A stretch of 64,000 nt of DNA, from NCBI GenBank assembly GCA_964016885.1, contig OZ024741.1:264182001-264246000 (forward strand). The letters run 5' to 3'. The notes below the pieces were generated by a model. It had not been told where the DNA came from. It saw nothing but the letters and a program-made list of their open reading frames with translations, and did not search any database. The DNA is from Eledone cirrhosa. Lineage: Eukaryota. Numbering within the stretch: the first letter of the stretch is position 1; the number at the start of each line of letters is the position of its first letter. Of the stretch, positions 47,527 through 60,077 are shown piece by piece. The position numbers and the translations under genes are program-made.

Positions 47527-49368
47527 GTAAGGTATTGTAAATTGTTTAAAACTTTAACCAAATTGTAGACAAAAACACCCTCCTGCTCGTGAGAGGAGTC
47601 TTTCTGCCCGTTATTTGGCCCTTCGGGGTTAAATAACCGTTTATTGGGGTTTTGTGCCTAATATTTATTTTAAACAAAAAACAACATGGCTACAAAAAAG
47701 AATTTTCATAGGTCACTCCCACTCATTCCGTCTTCTTCTTCCTCAATCGTCACTACAGCAGAGAGAAGATTGTCTCTCTCCCTCCCTTCTCTAAATGTGT
47801 CTCTCTCCCTCCCTTCTCTTTCGCAAGCGACGCCAGTAAAGAAAAATCACGTGCAAAGCGTGCAAAATTTCTCCACGACGACGACGACGACAACGACGAA
47901 AAAGGTGTGCGGGAAATACGAAAACCCATTTCATTCGTCTGACGTCATGAATAATAGCAGTAGCAGCCGTAATAACAGCAGCAGCAGCAACAGTGACAAG
48001 GAAAACAACAGTAGCAGCTGCAACAGCATCAGCAGCAGCATAAACAACAACAGCATTAGCAATAACAGCAACAACAAAAGCAGCAGCAGCAGCAACAACA
48101 ACAACAACCACAGCAACAGCGGCGGCGGCAGTAGTCGTAGTATCTGCAGCAACAACAAAAGTAACAGCAGCTCTGACGACAACAACAACAACAACAGCAG
48201 CAAAGAAAAACCAATCTCGTTTGCAGGTATCGCAAAGAACCTGGAAACCATCCTCATAACAAATGAGGAATTAGAGGAAGCGAAGAAGATGGTGACGAAA
48301 ACCGGACACCGAGCAATCTGCAAGGCAGCCGAAAATTTTTTCGAAACCCAACAGCACTGTACGGTCACGTACCGTACAGTAAGCACAAAATCCCGTAGGG
48401 TTGAAAGAGCCACAGAGGCTCAAATACAAAAAGCCTTGGGGTCTGTGTGGCAGCGGAAAACGCGAGGCAAGAAATATGCCACCGTTGACGTGCTTTTTGC
48501 CACACCCCAGGAGCCAAAGGCTCAATCCTTAGTGACCCTAAGGAGCGAGGAAATGGTGTTGGTGCCCTCCTACTGCGGGCAAAAAATTGTGAGGGTCAAA
48601 CTGACCAACGTCCCCCCCCCCCCCCGGGATGGCCCCTTCTTGGCTGGCCGCGTCTGTCTTCGTCGGAATCGAGGACAAAACAACTGTACTGCAAGTACAG
48701 AAAAAAGTAAGAGGAGATTGGGTCGGCACATCCATTGAGATGTTAATCCAAACCAACCAGGAGTGCATCGAAGCTATCCCGGGTGTGATAGACTTCGATA
48801 ACGGCACTCAACTGCCCATAAGTGTTGAGGGCAAACACCCGAAATGCTTTCGCTGTGGATCGAAGACTCACCTCAGGGCCTTCTGCAAAGAGAAGACCCT
48901 GAGAAAGGAGAAAACCCCCTCCTTCCGAAACCGGCTCCACGGCTACCAGCAACAAGACAAGCGGCAACCAGGAACGATAGGTCCGTGGCACCCATACCCA
49001 CGCCACGGAAATCAAGAACAGCAGCAGCAGTGGAAGTATTAACAACAACAACAGTAATACCAAATGCAGCTGCAACAGAGACTCCACTGCAAACATCACC
49101 AACAACAACAAGTGAAAGAGTGGAGCTGGTACCCCTCCCCGACCTCACAGAATCAGACATGGTGTGTGAGGTGGGAGAGGGATGGCAAAAGGTCGAAAGA
49201 AGGCACAAAAGCAGAAGCAGCGCAACGTCGCCTTCGAAAAGGGAGGAAAGAAATGAAAAAAGGGTAAAGGCTACTGCAAAGAGACTCACAGCAGCAACAC
49301 CACCAACATCATCACCACCCACACTAGCACCACCATCACCACCGGCGACAACCCCACCGCCAACAACA
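47527..49368 (+). mobile_element. Tx1-group LINE, unit E: older C-family 5' fragment (5' UTR + most of ORF1, ATG 47686)
   Basis: Diverged copy of the C 5' UTR/ORF1 with frameshifts, cut in the Pro/Thr region. Confidence 0.9.
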
Positions 49369-49619
49369 ACTGATGCAATTGTCAACTGTTGACAATTGCA
49401 AACTTGACTGTCACCACACATTATGAACCTGAATATTGCGAAAGCATGAAAGTATTTGTTCAATTAACATTTAACATTTAATATTCTACCATACTATTTC
49501 ATTATAATACCATTATAAATTTTAAAGGTTTGTAAATAAAACGAGTAAATCAGAAAAAGTTGGAATTCCTTTTTATTAATATAATCTTCTATACACAATC
49601 ATACACACCCGTGTATATT

Positions 49620-50210
<591 letters not shown>

Positions 50211-50651
50211 TGACTTCTATAGAACTGGAACTATTCATTCGTATGAAATTAACAGGACATTCCTGATGATTTCCTACGAATGAAATAGTTGTAGTCCCGT
50301 GGCAATCATTTCTATATATAAAATATATATGCTTATTCCCTGCTACCATATTGTGTAATAGTACAAAGGTGGAGAGGTGCATGAAACAATGTAATGCTTG
50401 GTTGCGTTGATATTTATTCTTTCTCGTTCATTCTATTAACTATTATTGTTTCAATTTGGTGTCCTTCGCCCTAGGACCATCTCCTACTCAGCACCATCGG
50501 CACGGACTTGGCTACCCACAGGTGGGAGCCTCGCGAGTTAGAATAGTTCTTCCGACGTACTGCCCTCACCATCCTCCGGTGAAACGCCTTCTCTATTCTG
50601 TCGACCTGGACCGCGTGAAGCCCAGCGGGTGGACCCCACATTTGCTTATAA

Positions 50652-50840
50652 TAGTTGTTTCTACTTTTGGCACAAGGCCAGCAATAACCTAGTACATTAC
50701 TGGTATTTTATTTTATCGACCCCGTGAGGATGAAAGACAAAGTTAACCTCGACGGGATTCGAACGCAAACCATAAAGGGACGTAACTATGCTGGAAAGCA
50801 AGGCGTCCGACCCTCTACCGATACTGCCAATCCACCGCCT
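50652..50840 (-). mobile_element. tRNA-derived SINE (family 1)
   Basis: Reverse complement of the 50911-51103 copy, with B-box gttcgaatccc. Confidence 0.88.
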
Positions 50841-50910
50841 ATTATAGTAGTGAGGTATTGAGAGGGCGGAATAGACGCTGGCAATGACAATTTGATTCCA
50901 TTATGTACTG

Positions 50911-51103
50911 GAGCGGCGGATTGGCAGTACTGGTAGAGGGTCGGGCGCCATTCTTTGCAGCAAAGAGTTATGTCCCTTTTATGGTCTGAGTTCGAATCCC
51001 GCCGAGGTTAACTTTGCCTTTCATCCTTACGGGGTCGATAAAATAAAGTACCAGTAATACACTGGGATAATTGCTGGCCTTGTGCCAAAAGTAGAAACAA
51101 TTA
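50911..51103 (+). mobile_element. tRNA-derived SINE (family 1) with 11-bp TSD
   Basis: A-box tggcagtactgg, B-box gagttcgaatccc. attatgtactg at 50900-50910 and 51100-51110. Confidence 0.9.
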
Positions 51104-51836
51104 TGTACTGATCATCTTAGTAAATATATATGTATATATGTATATATATTTACCTAGATCACAGGTTCTCAACAAATTTAGGCCAAACGCCCCCTTTTGT
51201 CCCTCGAAATCACGAAACGCCCCCCCCCCCCCCACCACCATATTTTTCCATTTTTCAATATACTACTGATTTTGATATCAGTAGATTACTAAAAAATTGA
51301 TTAACAATATTCCAAAGATACCATTGCAGGCAGTTGAGAGTATAAATACATTCTTTGAAAGGAAGTATATAAATTTCAAAAAAAAGGAACATAAATGTTC
51401 TTTTTTTATGAATAAGGACCAGTTGAATTTGTTATATTCCCACCAGGTGATACCAACTATTTTGAACATTTATACAAGAGCAACTCTGTCTATCCCAAGA
51501 GTGCTCTTATCTGGAAGAAAGTGGCAATTATATCATTTCAAAGCTTTCCAATGTTCCCTTTAATGAAACGGACAGGATAAATATTGATATCTAACTTGAT
51601 GTCCCCTCTTCTTTGTGAGCTTAGAGACCACGGAAGAGGGTTTTCATGACCACGTAAGAGGGTATATTTATTAATAAATGGTAAAATATATACAACAAAT
51701 GAGTAAGTGGATTGAAGTAGATGGTTTCCAGTCCAGGCAGACTGCAACTACAAATAAAAAAATGGTTAGTTTACTTTGTAACAATAGCATATCCAAGTTT
51801 TCGGATAAATCAACTTACTTTAACTTTGACCTTATT

Positions 51837-52900
51837 TCAATGTGACCCTTGAGCTTCATGGAGTCTAGATAACTCTTTGACGTCAGGCTCGATTTTCGTA
51901 AGAAGTAGCTGGAGATCTCCACGTGTAATTACATTGTAGTGGTTGCGAGCCTTACTGTACAGTCTGGAAACAGCGCCAAACCCCCTCTCGACTAAGTATG
52001 AGCTTGGAAAAGGCAGAGCAAATCTCTTAGCGTCTGCATGTAGGTGTGGAAATCGACGCTGAATTTCCTCTTGCATCCCAAAAAGGGGTTCACCTATTTT
52101 GGGAAATCTAATTTTGATCATGTCATCTGCTTGAAGTTCAATGAATTTTTCCTGAAATTTAACGTCCAAATCATCGATGGTAGCTATGAAGGGATCTGCT
52201 ATCCACATATCCACATTGGGATGTCCATCGGCAAAAGGTCGACAAACCGTTCTCTCATGTTGTCTTGTAGCGCACGGAGGTGAGTGGTATAAATTTGGAG
52301 TTGGTCATCGCTTACAATGTTTTGAACATTGGCAACACTAGGAAAATTATAGAATTCCCGTCAACAAAAATTCTTTTCGATGACATTCAATTTGGCCAGG
52401 AATATTTTCACAGCATTCCTTGTTTTAAGCAAGGTGATCTTCTTCCCCTGCAAAGCCAAAATGACGCTATTGCATTTGTCGAAGATGTTGGTGAGGTAGG
52501 CGCAGTCTTGCCTCACATCGAGGGTTTTGTTGTACAGTTCTGTGTTGCGTCCTCGCAGAAACTCAATGATAGAATCGAAGAGTTCAAAGAAGTGTGTAAG
52601 GCACTTGCCCTTTGAAAGCCACCTCACTTCAGTATGAAAGAGCAACTTGACGAATTCTTCGTCATTATCTTGGCACAGTTGCCAGAAAATTCGTTCATTG
52701 AGGGAATGCTATTTGATAAAATTGATGACATCAATGGCCACCTGCAAGGACTTGCTCAGAGGCTTGCTGAGTTTCTTCACAGCCAAGTGTTGTCGATGAA
52801 TGACACAATGAGCAGCAAATACAGATAGATTTTCTCTCTTCAGAAGAGTGACGAAGCCCTTATGTTGGCCGACCATTGCTCTTGCGTCGTCCGTAGCACA
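51837..52900 (-). pseudogene. Buster-type transposase C-terminal half, disrupted
   Basis: HCVIHRQHL, LLFHTEVRWLSKGKCL, LPFPSSYLVERGF, GDL.L.LTKIEPD...QGSH. Confidence 0.9.
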
Positions 52901-52907
52901 TGATACA

Positions 52908-53415
52908 ATGTGTGTTGTATGTGGTGCTAGATGTATGTATTACCTGCCTGTGTGTTGTATGTAGTCCTAGATGTATGTATTACCTGCTTATGTATTGCAT
53001 GTGGTCCGAGCTGTATGTATTACCTTCTTATGTGTTGTATGTGGTCCTAGATGTATGTATTACCTCCTTATGTGTTGTATGTGGTCCTAGATGTATGTAT
53101 TACCTGATTATCTGTTGTATGTATTCCTAGATGTTTTTATTACCTGATTATGTGTTGTATGTGGTCCTAGATGTTTGTATTACCTGCTTATATGTTGTAT
53201 GTGGTCCTAGATGTATGTATTACCTACCTGTATGTGGTCCTAGATGTATGTATTACCTGCCTGTGTGTTGTATGTAGTCCTAGATGTATGTATTACCTGC
53301 TTATGTGTTGTATATGGGCCTAGATGTGTGTATTACCTGCTTATGTGTTGTAGGTAGTCCTAGATGTGTGTATTATCTGATTATGTGTTGTATGTGGTCC
53401 GAGATGTGTGTGCTA
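52908..53415. repeat. 40-bp minisatellite inside the hAT element
   Basis: Unit tgtgttgtatgtggtcctagatgtatgtattacctgctta, about 12-13 copies. Confidence 0.93.
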
Positions 53416-54365
53416 CCCACTTCTGTGTTTTTTCTTTTCTTTTTTATTTGTAATATAATTTATACAATAGGGAATAAAATAGATCTACATAGTGTTAGCT
53501 CATTACGGTTGAGTCAATCATTTCAGACATGAAATACATTGTTATCGGTGAAGGAAAGATAAGATACTAACTGGCTGCGCTCACAGTGTGTCCTTGACCC
53601 AGTTGACTGTGGGTTTTTCCATTTTTATGATCTCAATTGCCGGTTAATGTCTAAATACGCCTACACACCTGCTCGCAGCTGCGGTCAGACCTTAGTTATG
53701 CTGTCTGCATGCTCATTCAAATGCATTTACACTGGCTGTCTCAAAGACATAAAAATATGGCTTATAAAACTTACCAAAGTAAAGCGCCCCACTAGCGCCC
53801 TCAAAGCTCTAAACGCCCCCCTAACGCCCCGTTGCTCCTAAACGCCCCCTGGAGTTCCGAAACGCCCCCCGGGGGTGCATATGCCCCCCGTTGAGAACCT
53901 TTGACCTAGATGATCCAGTGGTAAATTACTGTTACAACATTGGTTACATTAACAAGACGAAACTCAAGCATCACAATATACACAATATACATAATATACA
54001 TAATATAATTCATGGTACACGAGTTAATAGGCCAATAATATACGCACTTAACATAAATTTAAATTTCTAAAGAATAGCTATCAAATATCACCCGATAACA
54101 AACTTAGACTTACATACAGAAGAAGCTTTATTTAAATGTTGAGTTGATTCAAAAATATTCCATTTGCAGTGGTGAAATTTGGGGCAAGAATTTTAATATA
54201 GAAATCTAGTACTTATGAAGGGAAAAGCAAAGACTATTATTTTCTCTTTATTTATTAAACTAAGTATAGTACAGTATATATGTCAGACTTATAATGAACT
54301 GGTTCTCCAATTTTGAGGCGGAGGAAATGGACGATTTAATATACGTATTATATATACATATATTT

Positions 54366-54404
<39 letters not shown>

Positions 54405-54405
54405 C

Positions 54406-54479
<74 letters not shown>

Positions 54480-54480
<1 letters not shown>

Positions 54481-55542
54481 CAGTTTCCTTCTCCACCCAC
54501 GAGGAAACCCCAACCCAGAGACCAGACCAATACAAACAACAGTTGCTTTTTCAAGATCCCACATCTCAGCGAGGAAATCACCAACGTCATACTCAAAGCC
54601 ATCAGAAGAGAGGCCTCAATATCAAACTAGCTCACTCTGGACCTTCCCTGTGGAGATGCCTCTCCACAAGACAACCACCCAACAAGGATAACGGATGCGC
54701 CCTAGCCAATTGCCCTATCCGCAACACTAATTGTTGACTACATATCTACGTAGTATACAGGCTAGAATGTAACAAGTTCAATCTATTTTCCATTGGCAGC
54801 ACTATTCGACCGTTACATCTCCGTATTAAAGAGCGTGTTAACACCAACTCCTCTTCCTTCCGCAAACACATCATCAAATGCGGAAACCGGGACAACATTA
54901 CCACCGTAATCTTAGCTACCGAACGCAGGTTAGGCACGCTGAGAATTAAGGAAGCCCTCTTAATCAAGCAATTAAAACCTAGGATCAATAACCGAATGGA
55001 AGGGAAGTACACCAGAATGGCTGATTTAGAAGCCTGTATTCCAGCATCTCATTGGCCAGTTTCATTCTTTCTTTCAAATTAAATCTATGTCCTCATTAGG
55101 CAAACACACTTAGACTCACACACACACATACATATATCACGCACATATTTTTCCCTTTTTATTATATACATATTCGCACACGCCTTTCACTACATAAATT
55201 TACATTCATGCACACACATAAAAACATCCCACTAAGCACACTTACATTCACGCACACATGCATATACTATACACTTTTCCGCAGACATTTCACAACGCGC
55301 ACCTTCGAAATCGTAACGCCCTTTCATTTCATTTAACTTAAATCCGAATGTGCGTGTTGCTGTTGGCAGTATTTTAGATAGATTTTTTGTTTGATCTTTT
55401 TTATTGTTCTGATAATAGTTTTCTATTTTGGGGGATTCACAGATTTGGCGGGGTATGTTTTGCAGATGCGTTTATGACAGTGTCTAGAAAAATCTGCCAA
55501 TATGTTTTGATGCTGGTGATGTGTGCGTGTGTGAAAGACCAG

Positions 55543-55545
<3 letters not shown>
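54480..55545 (+). mobile_element. Penelope-like element 3' fragment (Cys linker + GIY-YIG endonuclease remnant, 54747-~55020)
   Basis: [42 protein letters not shown]...RKH...LRIKEALLIKQLKPRINNR, inserted between (TA)n runs. Confidence 0.85.
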
Positions 55546-55612
<67 letters not shown>

Positions 55613-55651
55613 GAAGAAAGAATCAGTATTGCATCATATACATATTTATTA

Positions 55652-55741
55652 CATATTACATATGTTTCACTGTCGATCAGCTCGAGGAACGATAGCTTAA
55701 TGATCAAACCTCACTCTGGAATTAGAAGCTCCTCAGATATG
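55652..55741 (-). ncRNA. Type I hammerhead ribozyme motif, long stem II
   Basis: Minus strand catat-CTGAGGA-gct...agt-GAAAC-atat-GTA-atatg. 5-bp stem I, palindromic stem III, GUA triplet, AATAAA just downstream. Confidence 0.7.
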
Positions 55742-56021
55742 ATTTAATATGCAGACTCGCCTGGCATACGGGCGCAATTAACCTGCACTTTAACACCTAT
55801 ATGTATATACATATATATATATGAATTATATATATACATATACACACATATATACATATAATATACATATATATATATATATAAAATATATCATACACAA
55901 AACGCCAGCATCAACAGTTTTCCATAAGATGGCAACATGAATGGACCTGTTATTTTTATCTTAAGACATTTTTCTAATTCCACTCCACCCGTCCCTTCAA
56001 GCTATCTAATTTCTCATTCTT

Positions 56022-56056
56022 TCTTCTATGAAGGACTAGCGTCCGAAACGTTAAGA
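56022..56056 (+). ncRNA. Degenerate minimal hammerhead
   Basis: tctt-CT(-)ATGAa-ggac(tagc)gtcc-GAAACGTT-aaga. A core G is missing, so it is likely inactive. Confidence 0.5.
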
Positions 56057-56503
56057 CCCTCTTCCTGCTATATCAAGCGTTAACCTAATATATTCCTTCC
56101 ATATGTGTACCGTGTGTGTTGTTATTTCTGTTTACCTTTTAAATATAGCAATCATATATCCCTCAAATCACACGCAACTATCTTATAATAAAAGAAAGGA
56201 CATAATGAATAATATAGTATCGACGCTCTACCGATCCTGCCAATCCACCACCATAACAACATCATAAATAGTGAGTGTTGTAGATCTAGAATGTTAGATC
56301 CATCGCTTTCACCATCAACGTAATGCTCCATGTTCCCGTAACTCCTGAACGAGTCGTAGGGGCGCCATATTGACATATGGCGTTTCTAGGACACTTTAAC
56401 CTGGCGGATCCTATTTCCTCTTCAGGCCTGAATACAACAGATTTCTTCCGGGGGTTTATAGAGAGTGAGAGAATGAAAGTGAGAAAGAGATATAGAGGAA
56501 GAT

Positions 56504-56660
56504 AGACCCCAGTACTAGATTGGTACTTTTTTTTATTGACATCGAATGGATGAAAGGCAAAGTTGACCTCGGTGGGATTTGAACTGAGAGAGCAGAGAGC
56601 TGAAACGAATACCACAAAACATTCTATCCGACGTTCTAACCACTCTACCAATTCTTCACC
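56504..56660 (-). mobile_element. tRNA-derived SINE (family 1-related, diverged)
   Basis: Reverse of gttcaaatccc.ccgaggtcaactttgcctttcatcc...aaagtacca. Confidence 0.8.
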
Positions 56661-57572
56661 ATCCTCACTATTATATCAACAAAAACAACAGCCATTATAA
56701 GACCAAGAACAACAGTTTTCTTGTCTCGACGACGACAACTTGGGTGACATCTCTTACTAACGACATCACCCCCAGCTGCACTAACAACAACAACATTTAC
56801 AACTACTGAAATAATAACCAATGACAAGACTTGAACTAATGTACTCATGAGACGATTAGAAGAAATCAATGCGGCCATGTTGAATAATTCATATTTCAGC
56901 TTTTATTTAGATATTGCGTGCTGTGATCAAAACAATCTATAGACGATCCTAATAAAACGATTACATGTAAAACTGTATCGCTGATCATCCATGATAATGA
57001 ACCATATAAGGGGACACAATGGCGCTAATAACAGATATTGATGTAATACTTAAAGGGCCATAGGAAGATGTTAGCTGATATTTTAATGAATCTGTCACGG
57101 TAATAGGATTTATGAAATATCTAAGGATTACAGTTGTCCAGCTAGATGATATAGCACTTAAGTACTGTAAACATCAATGTATTTAAGTAGTGGAGTTGAA
57201 ATTGTCGGCTAAATACATTGTTGGCATTTTGACCTATAAATTGTAAATGTTAAATCCGCCGCCAGCACTGACCTTGTTTTGGACAGAGCACTACCCCCCC
57301 CTCCTTCTCTCCCTCCATATTGCAGATCGTTTCACACATCTGGTAAAATCTCTATGCAGCTGATTATTCTGTTCATTGCTCCTTAACAGGCGACCTTCTT
57401 GTGTAACCTAGACGACTCACTTCAGACATACTTTAAGAAATGGTCTAATGAAGATAAACTGATCTACAACCGCATCGAATCTCTAGTTTAGCTAATACGC
57501 CTTTAGTGACTAACTTGTAAAACTACATCTAAATCTTTAGTTTAGCTAATACCTCTTCAGTGACTAACCTAG

Positions 57573-57768
57573 TACGAGGTTCAACTGAAAAGTTCATAGG
57601 CTAAAGGAATGATGCTAGAGCTGTGAAATATTGCATACATTAATTTCAACTCTGCTTATTAATAACTGTATTGTTTCTTTTCAGAGACTATGTTAAAAAA
57701 TAAACCTCATTTAGTCATTCCATGAGAGTATCTTGGTCAGCCTATTAACTTTTCAGCCGACACTTGTA
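57573..57768. mobile_element. Tc1/mariner-type MITE
   Basis: TA-cgaggttcaactgaaaagttcataggct ... agcctattaacttttcagccgacacttg-TA, imperfect ~28-bp TIRs. Confidence 0.75.
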
Positions 57769-57838
57769 TGTCTCAGATCAGATAAGAAACAAAACAATAA
57801 AGTATTGTTTCGCAGTCTCGAGATTGAATCCTCTAGAT

Positions 57839-58874
57839 CACAGGTTCTCAACAAATTTAGGCCAAACGCCCCATTTTTCCCCTCGAAATGACGAAACGAT
57901 CCCTACCCTATTTTCCATTTTTCAATATACTACTGATTTTGATATCAGTAGATTACTAAAATTTGATTAACAATATTCCAAAGATACCATTTCAGGCAGT
58001 TGAGAGTATAAATACATTCTTTGAAAGGAAGTATATAAATTTAAAAAAAAAGGAACATAAATGTTCTTTTTTTTATGAATAAGGACCAGTTGAATTTGTT
58101 ATATTCCCCCCAGATGATACCAGCTATTTTGAACATTTATACAAGAGCAACTCTGTCTATCCAAAGAGTGCCCTTATTTGGAAGAAAGTGGCAATTATAT
58201 CATTTCAAAGCTTTCCAATTTTCCCTTTAATGGAATGGACAGAATAAATGTTGATATCTAACTTGATGTCCCCTCCGCTTTGTGAGCTCAGAAGAGGGTT
58301 TTCATGACCACGTAAGAGAGTATATTTATTAGTAAATGGTAAAATATATACAACAAATGAGTAAGTGGATTGTGGTAGATGGTTTCCAGTCCAGTCAGAC
58401 TGCAACTACAAATAAAAAAAATTGTTAGTTTGCTTTGTTTTCCTTTTCCTTTTCTTTTTTTATTTGTAATATTATTTATACAATAGGGAATAAAATAGAT
58501 CTACATAGTGTTAACTCGTTGCGGTTGAGTCAATAATTTCAGACATGAAATACATTGTTATCGGTGAAAGAAACATAAGATTCTAACTATTCTAAAGTAT
58601 CCTTGATCCAGTTGACTGCAGGTTTTTCTATTTTTAGTATCTCAATTGCCGGTTTATATCTACACACACGTGCACACCTGCTCGCTGTTGCGGTCAGACT
58701 ATAGTTATGCTGTCTGCATGCTCATTCAAATGCATTCACACTGTCTGTCTCAGAGACGTACAAATATGGCTTATAAAACTTATCAAAGTAAAGAGTCTTC
58801 CAGCGCCCCTCTAACGCCCCATTGCTCCAAAACGCTCCCTGGAGTTCCGAAATGCCCCCCGTTGAGAACCTTTG
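57839..58874 (-). mobile_element. Non-autonomous deletion derivative (MITE) of the hAT at 51160
   Basis: Same TIRs, colinear with both ends of 51160-53903, exact 8-bp TSD ctctagat. Confidence 0.95.
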
Positions 58875-58933
58875 CTCTAGATTCAGAATAAATAAATAGA
58901 TAATAATTTCCTCGGTTCTTATAAACGTTGTTA

Positions 58934-59056
58934 AGGCGGTGAATTGTCAAATTCGTTATACTGTCACAGAATATACCTTGGAGTATTCGTCCGTCTCTCT
59001 GTACTCTAAGTTCAAATTTCGCCGAGGTCAAATTATCAAATTAGCCTTTTATCCTT
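58934..59056 (+). mobile_element. Partial tRNA-derived SINE
   Basis: ggcggtgaattg...gttcaaatttcgccgaggtcaa...gccttt.atcc. Confidence 0.7.
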
Positions 59057-59058
59057 AA

Positions 59059-59079
59059 ATCATCATCATCATCGTCATA

Positions 59080-59114
<35 letters not shown>

Positions 59115-59190
59115 TTCTTCTTCTTCTTCTTCTTCTTCTTCTTCTTCTTCTTCTTCTTCTTCTTCTTCTTCTTCTTCTTCTTCTTCTTCT
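59059..59190. repeat. (ATC)/(GTC)/(TTC)n compound microsatellite
   Basis: Directly visible. Confidence 0.93.
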
Positions 59191-59450
59191 CTCCCTCCTC
59201 ACTCTCTCTGTCTCCCAATGGCCAGAACCGGAGAGCAATGGACTCCGCAATATTTGAAATGCCTAATATTACAACGAGTGTCCCTACAACTCAATCGGGT
59301 GCTGAGTGTCCAAAGATGGAATAAAGAATAAGTGTTATTGTTATTGTTATTGTGATATATTGTGTGTATGTGTGTGTGTCTGTGTGCTAATCGAATAACT
59401 CATCGCATTGAAATTAATCCAGCTGTCTTTTTCGTATTAGTGTATCTGTC

Positions 59451-59636
59451 CGTAGAATTGGCAGTATCGGTAGAGAGTCGGACGCCATGCTTTCTAGCAT
59501 AGTTACGTCCCTTTACGATCCGAGTTCAAATCTCGCCGAGGTTAACTTTGCCTTTCATCCTTACGGGGTCGATAAAATAAAGTACCAGTAATACACTGGG
59601 ATAATTGCTGGCCTTATGCCAAAAGTAGAAACAATT
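59451..59636 (+). mobile_element. tRNA-derived SINE (family 1) with 15-bp TSD
   Basis: attagtgtatctgtc at 59436-59450 and 59634-59648. Confidence 0.9.
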
Positions 59637-59714
59637 AGTGTATCTGTCACTGCATTTTCAACGTCTAAAGTCTATTTCGAGTCCGGACGCCAGTCCATCA
59701 CAGGGTTAAACCCC

Positions 59715-59848
59715 CGGCTGAGTAAACTGGAACAACGTTAAATGAAGTGTTTTTCTCAAAAATACAACACACAGCCCAGTTCAGGAATCGAAGCCACGAC
59801 ATTATGATCGTAAGTCCAACGCCCTTACCACTAGGCGTCGCGCCTCCA
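59715..59848 (-). mobile_element. tRNA-derived SINE (family 2)
   Basis: Reverse complement similar to 60342-60485. Confidence 0.75.
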
Positions 59849-59957
59849 CTTATTGTTCAACGTAATCATCCTTTCTTTTACGGCGATAAGGCGAGTTATA
59901 GAGAAGATTTGGTTTGTCTTCTTATTCAGCATTAATGTATCCTTCACGGTCCTTGTC

Positions 59958-60077
59958 ATTCTGAGTTCAAATCCCGCCGAGGTTAACTTTGCCTTTCACC
60001 CTTACGGGGTCAATAAAATAAAGTACCAGTAATGTACTGAGATAACTGCTGGCCTTGTGCCAAAAGTAGAAACAATT
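59958..60077 (+). mobile_element. 5'-partial SINE (family 1)
   Basis: B-box through gtagaaacaatt tail. Confidence 0.85.

Larger units (their letters stand above)
51160..53903 (-). mobile_element. hAT (Buster/Charlie-type) DNA transposon, defective
   Basis: 14-bp TIRs cacaggttctcaac / gttgagaacctttg, exact 8-bp TSD acctagat, subterminal aacgccccc repeats. Confidence 0.95.

Noticed and set aside
16843-49368. Telomeric retrotransposon array
   Set aside because: Ordinary interspersed-repeat DNA lies on both sides and no TTAGGG tract is present. The HeT-A comparison is only an analogy.
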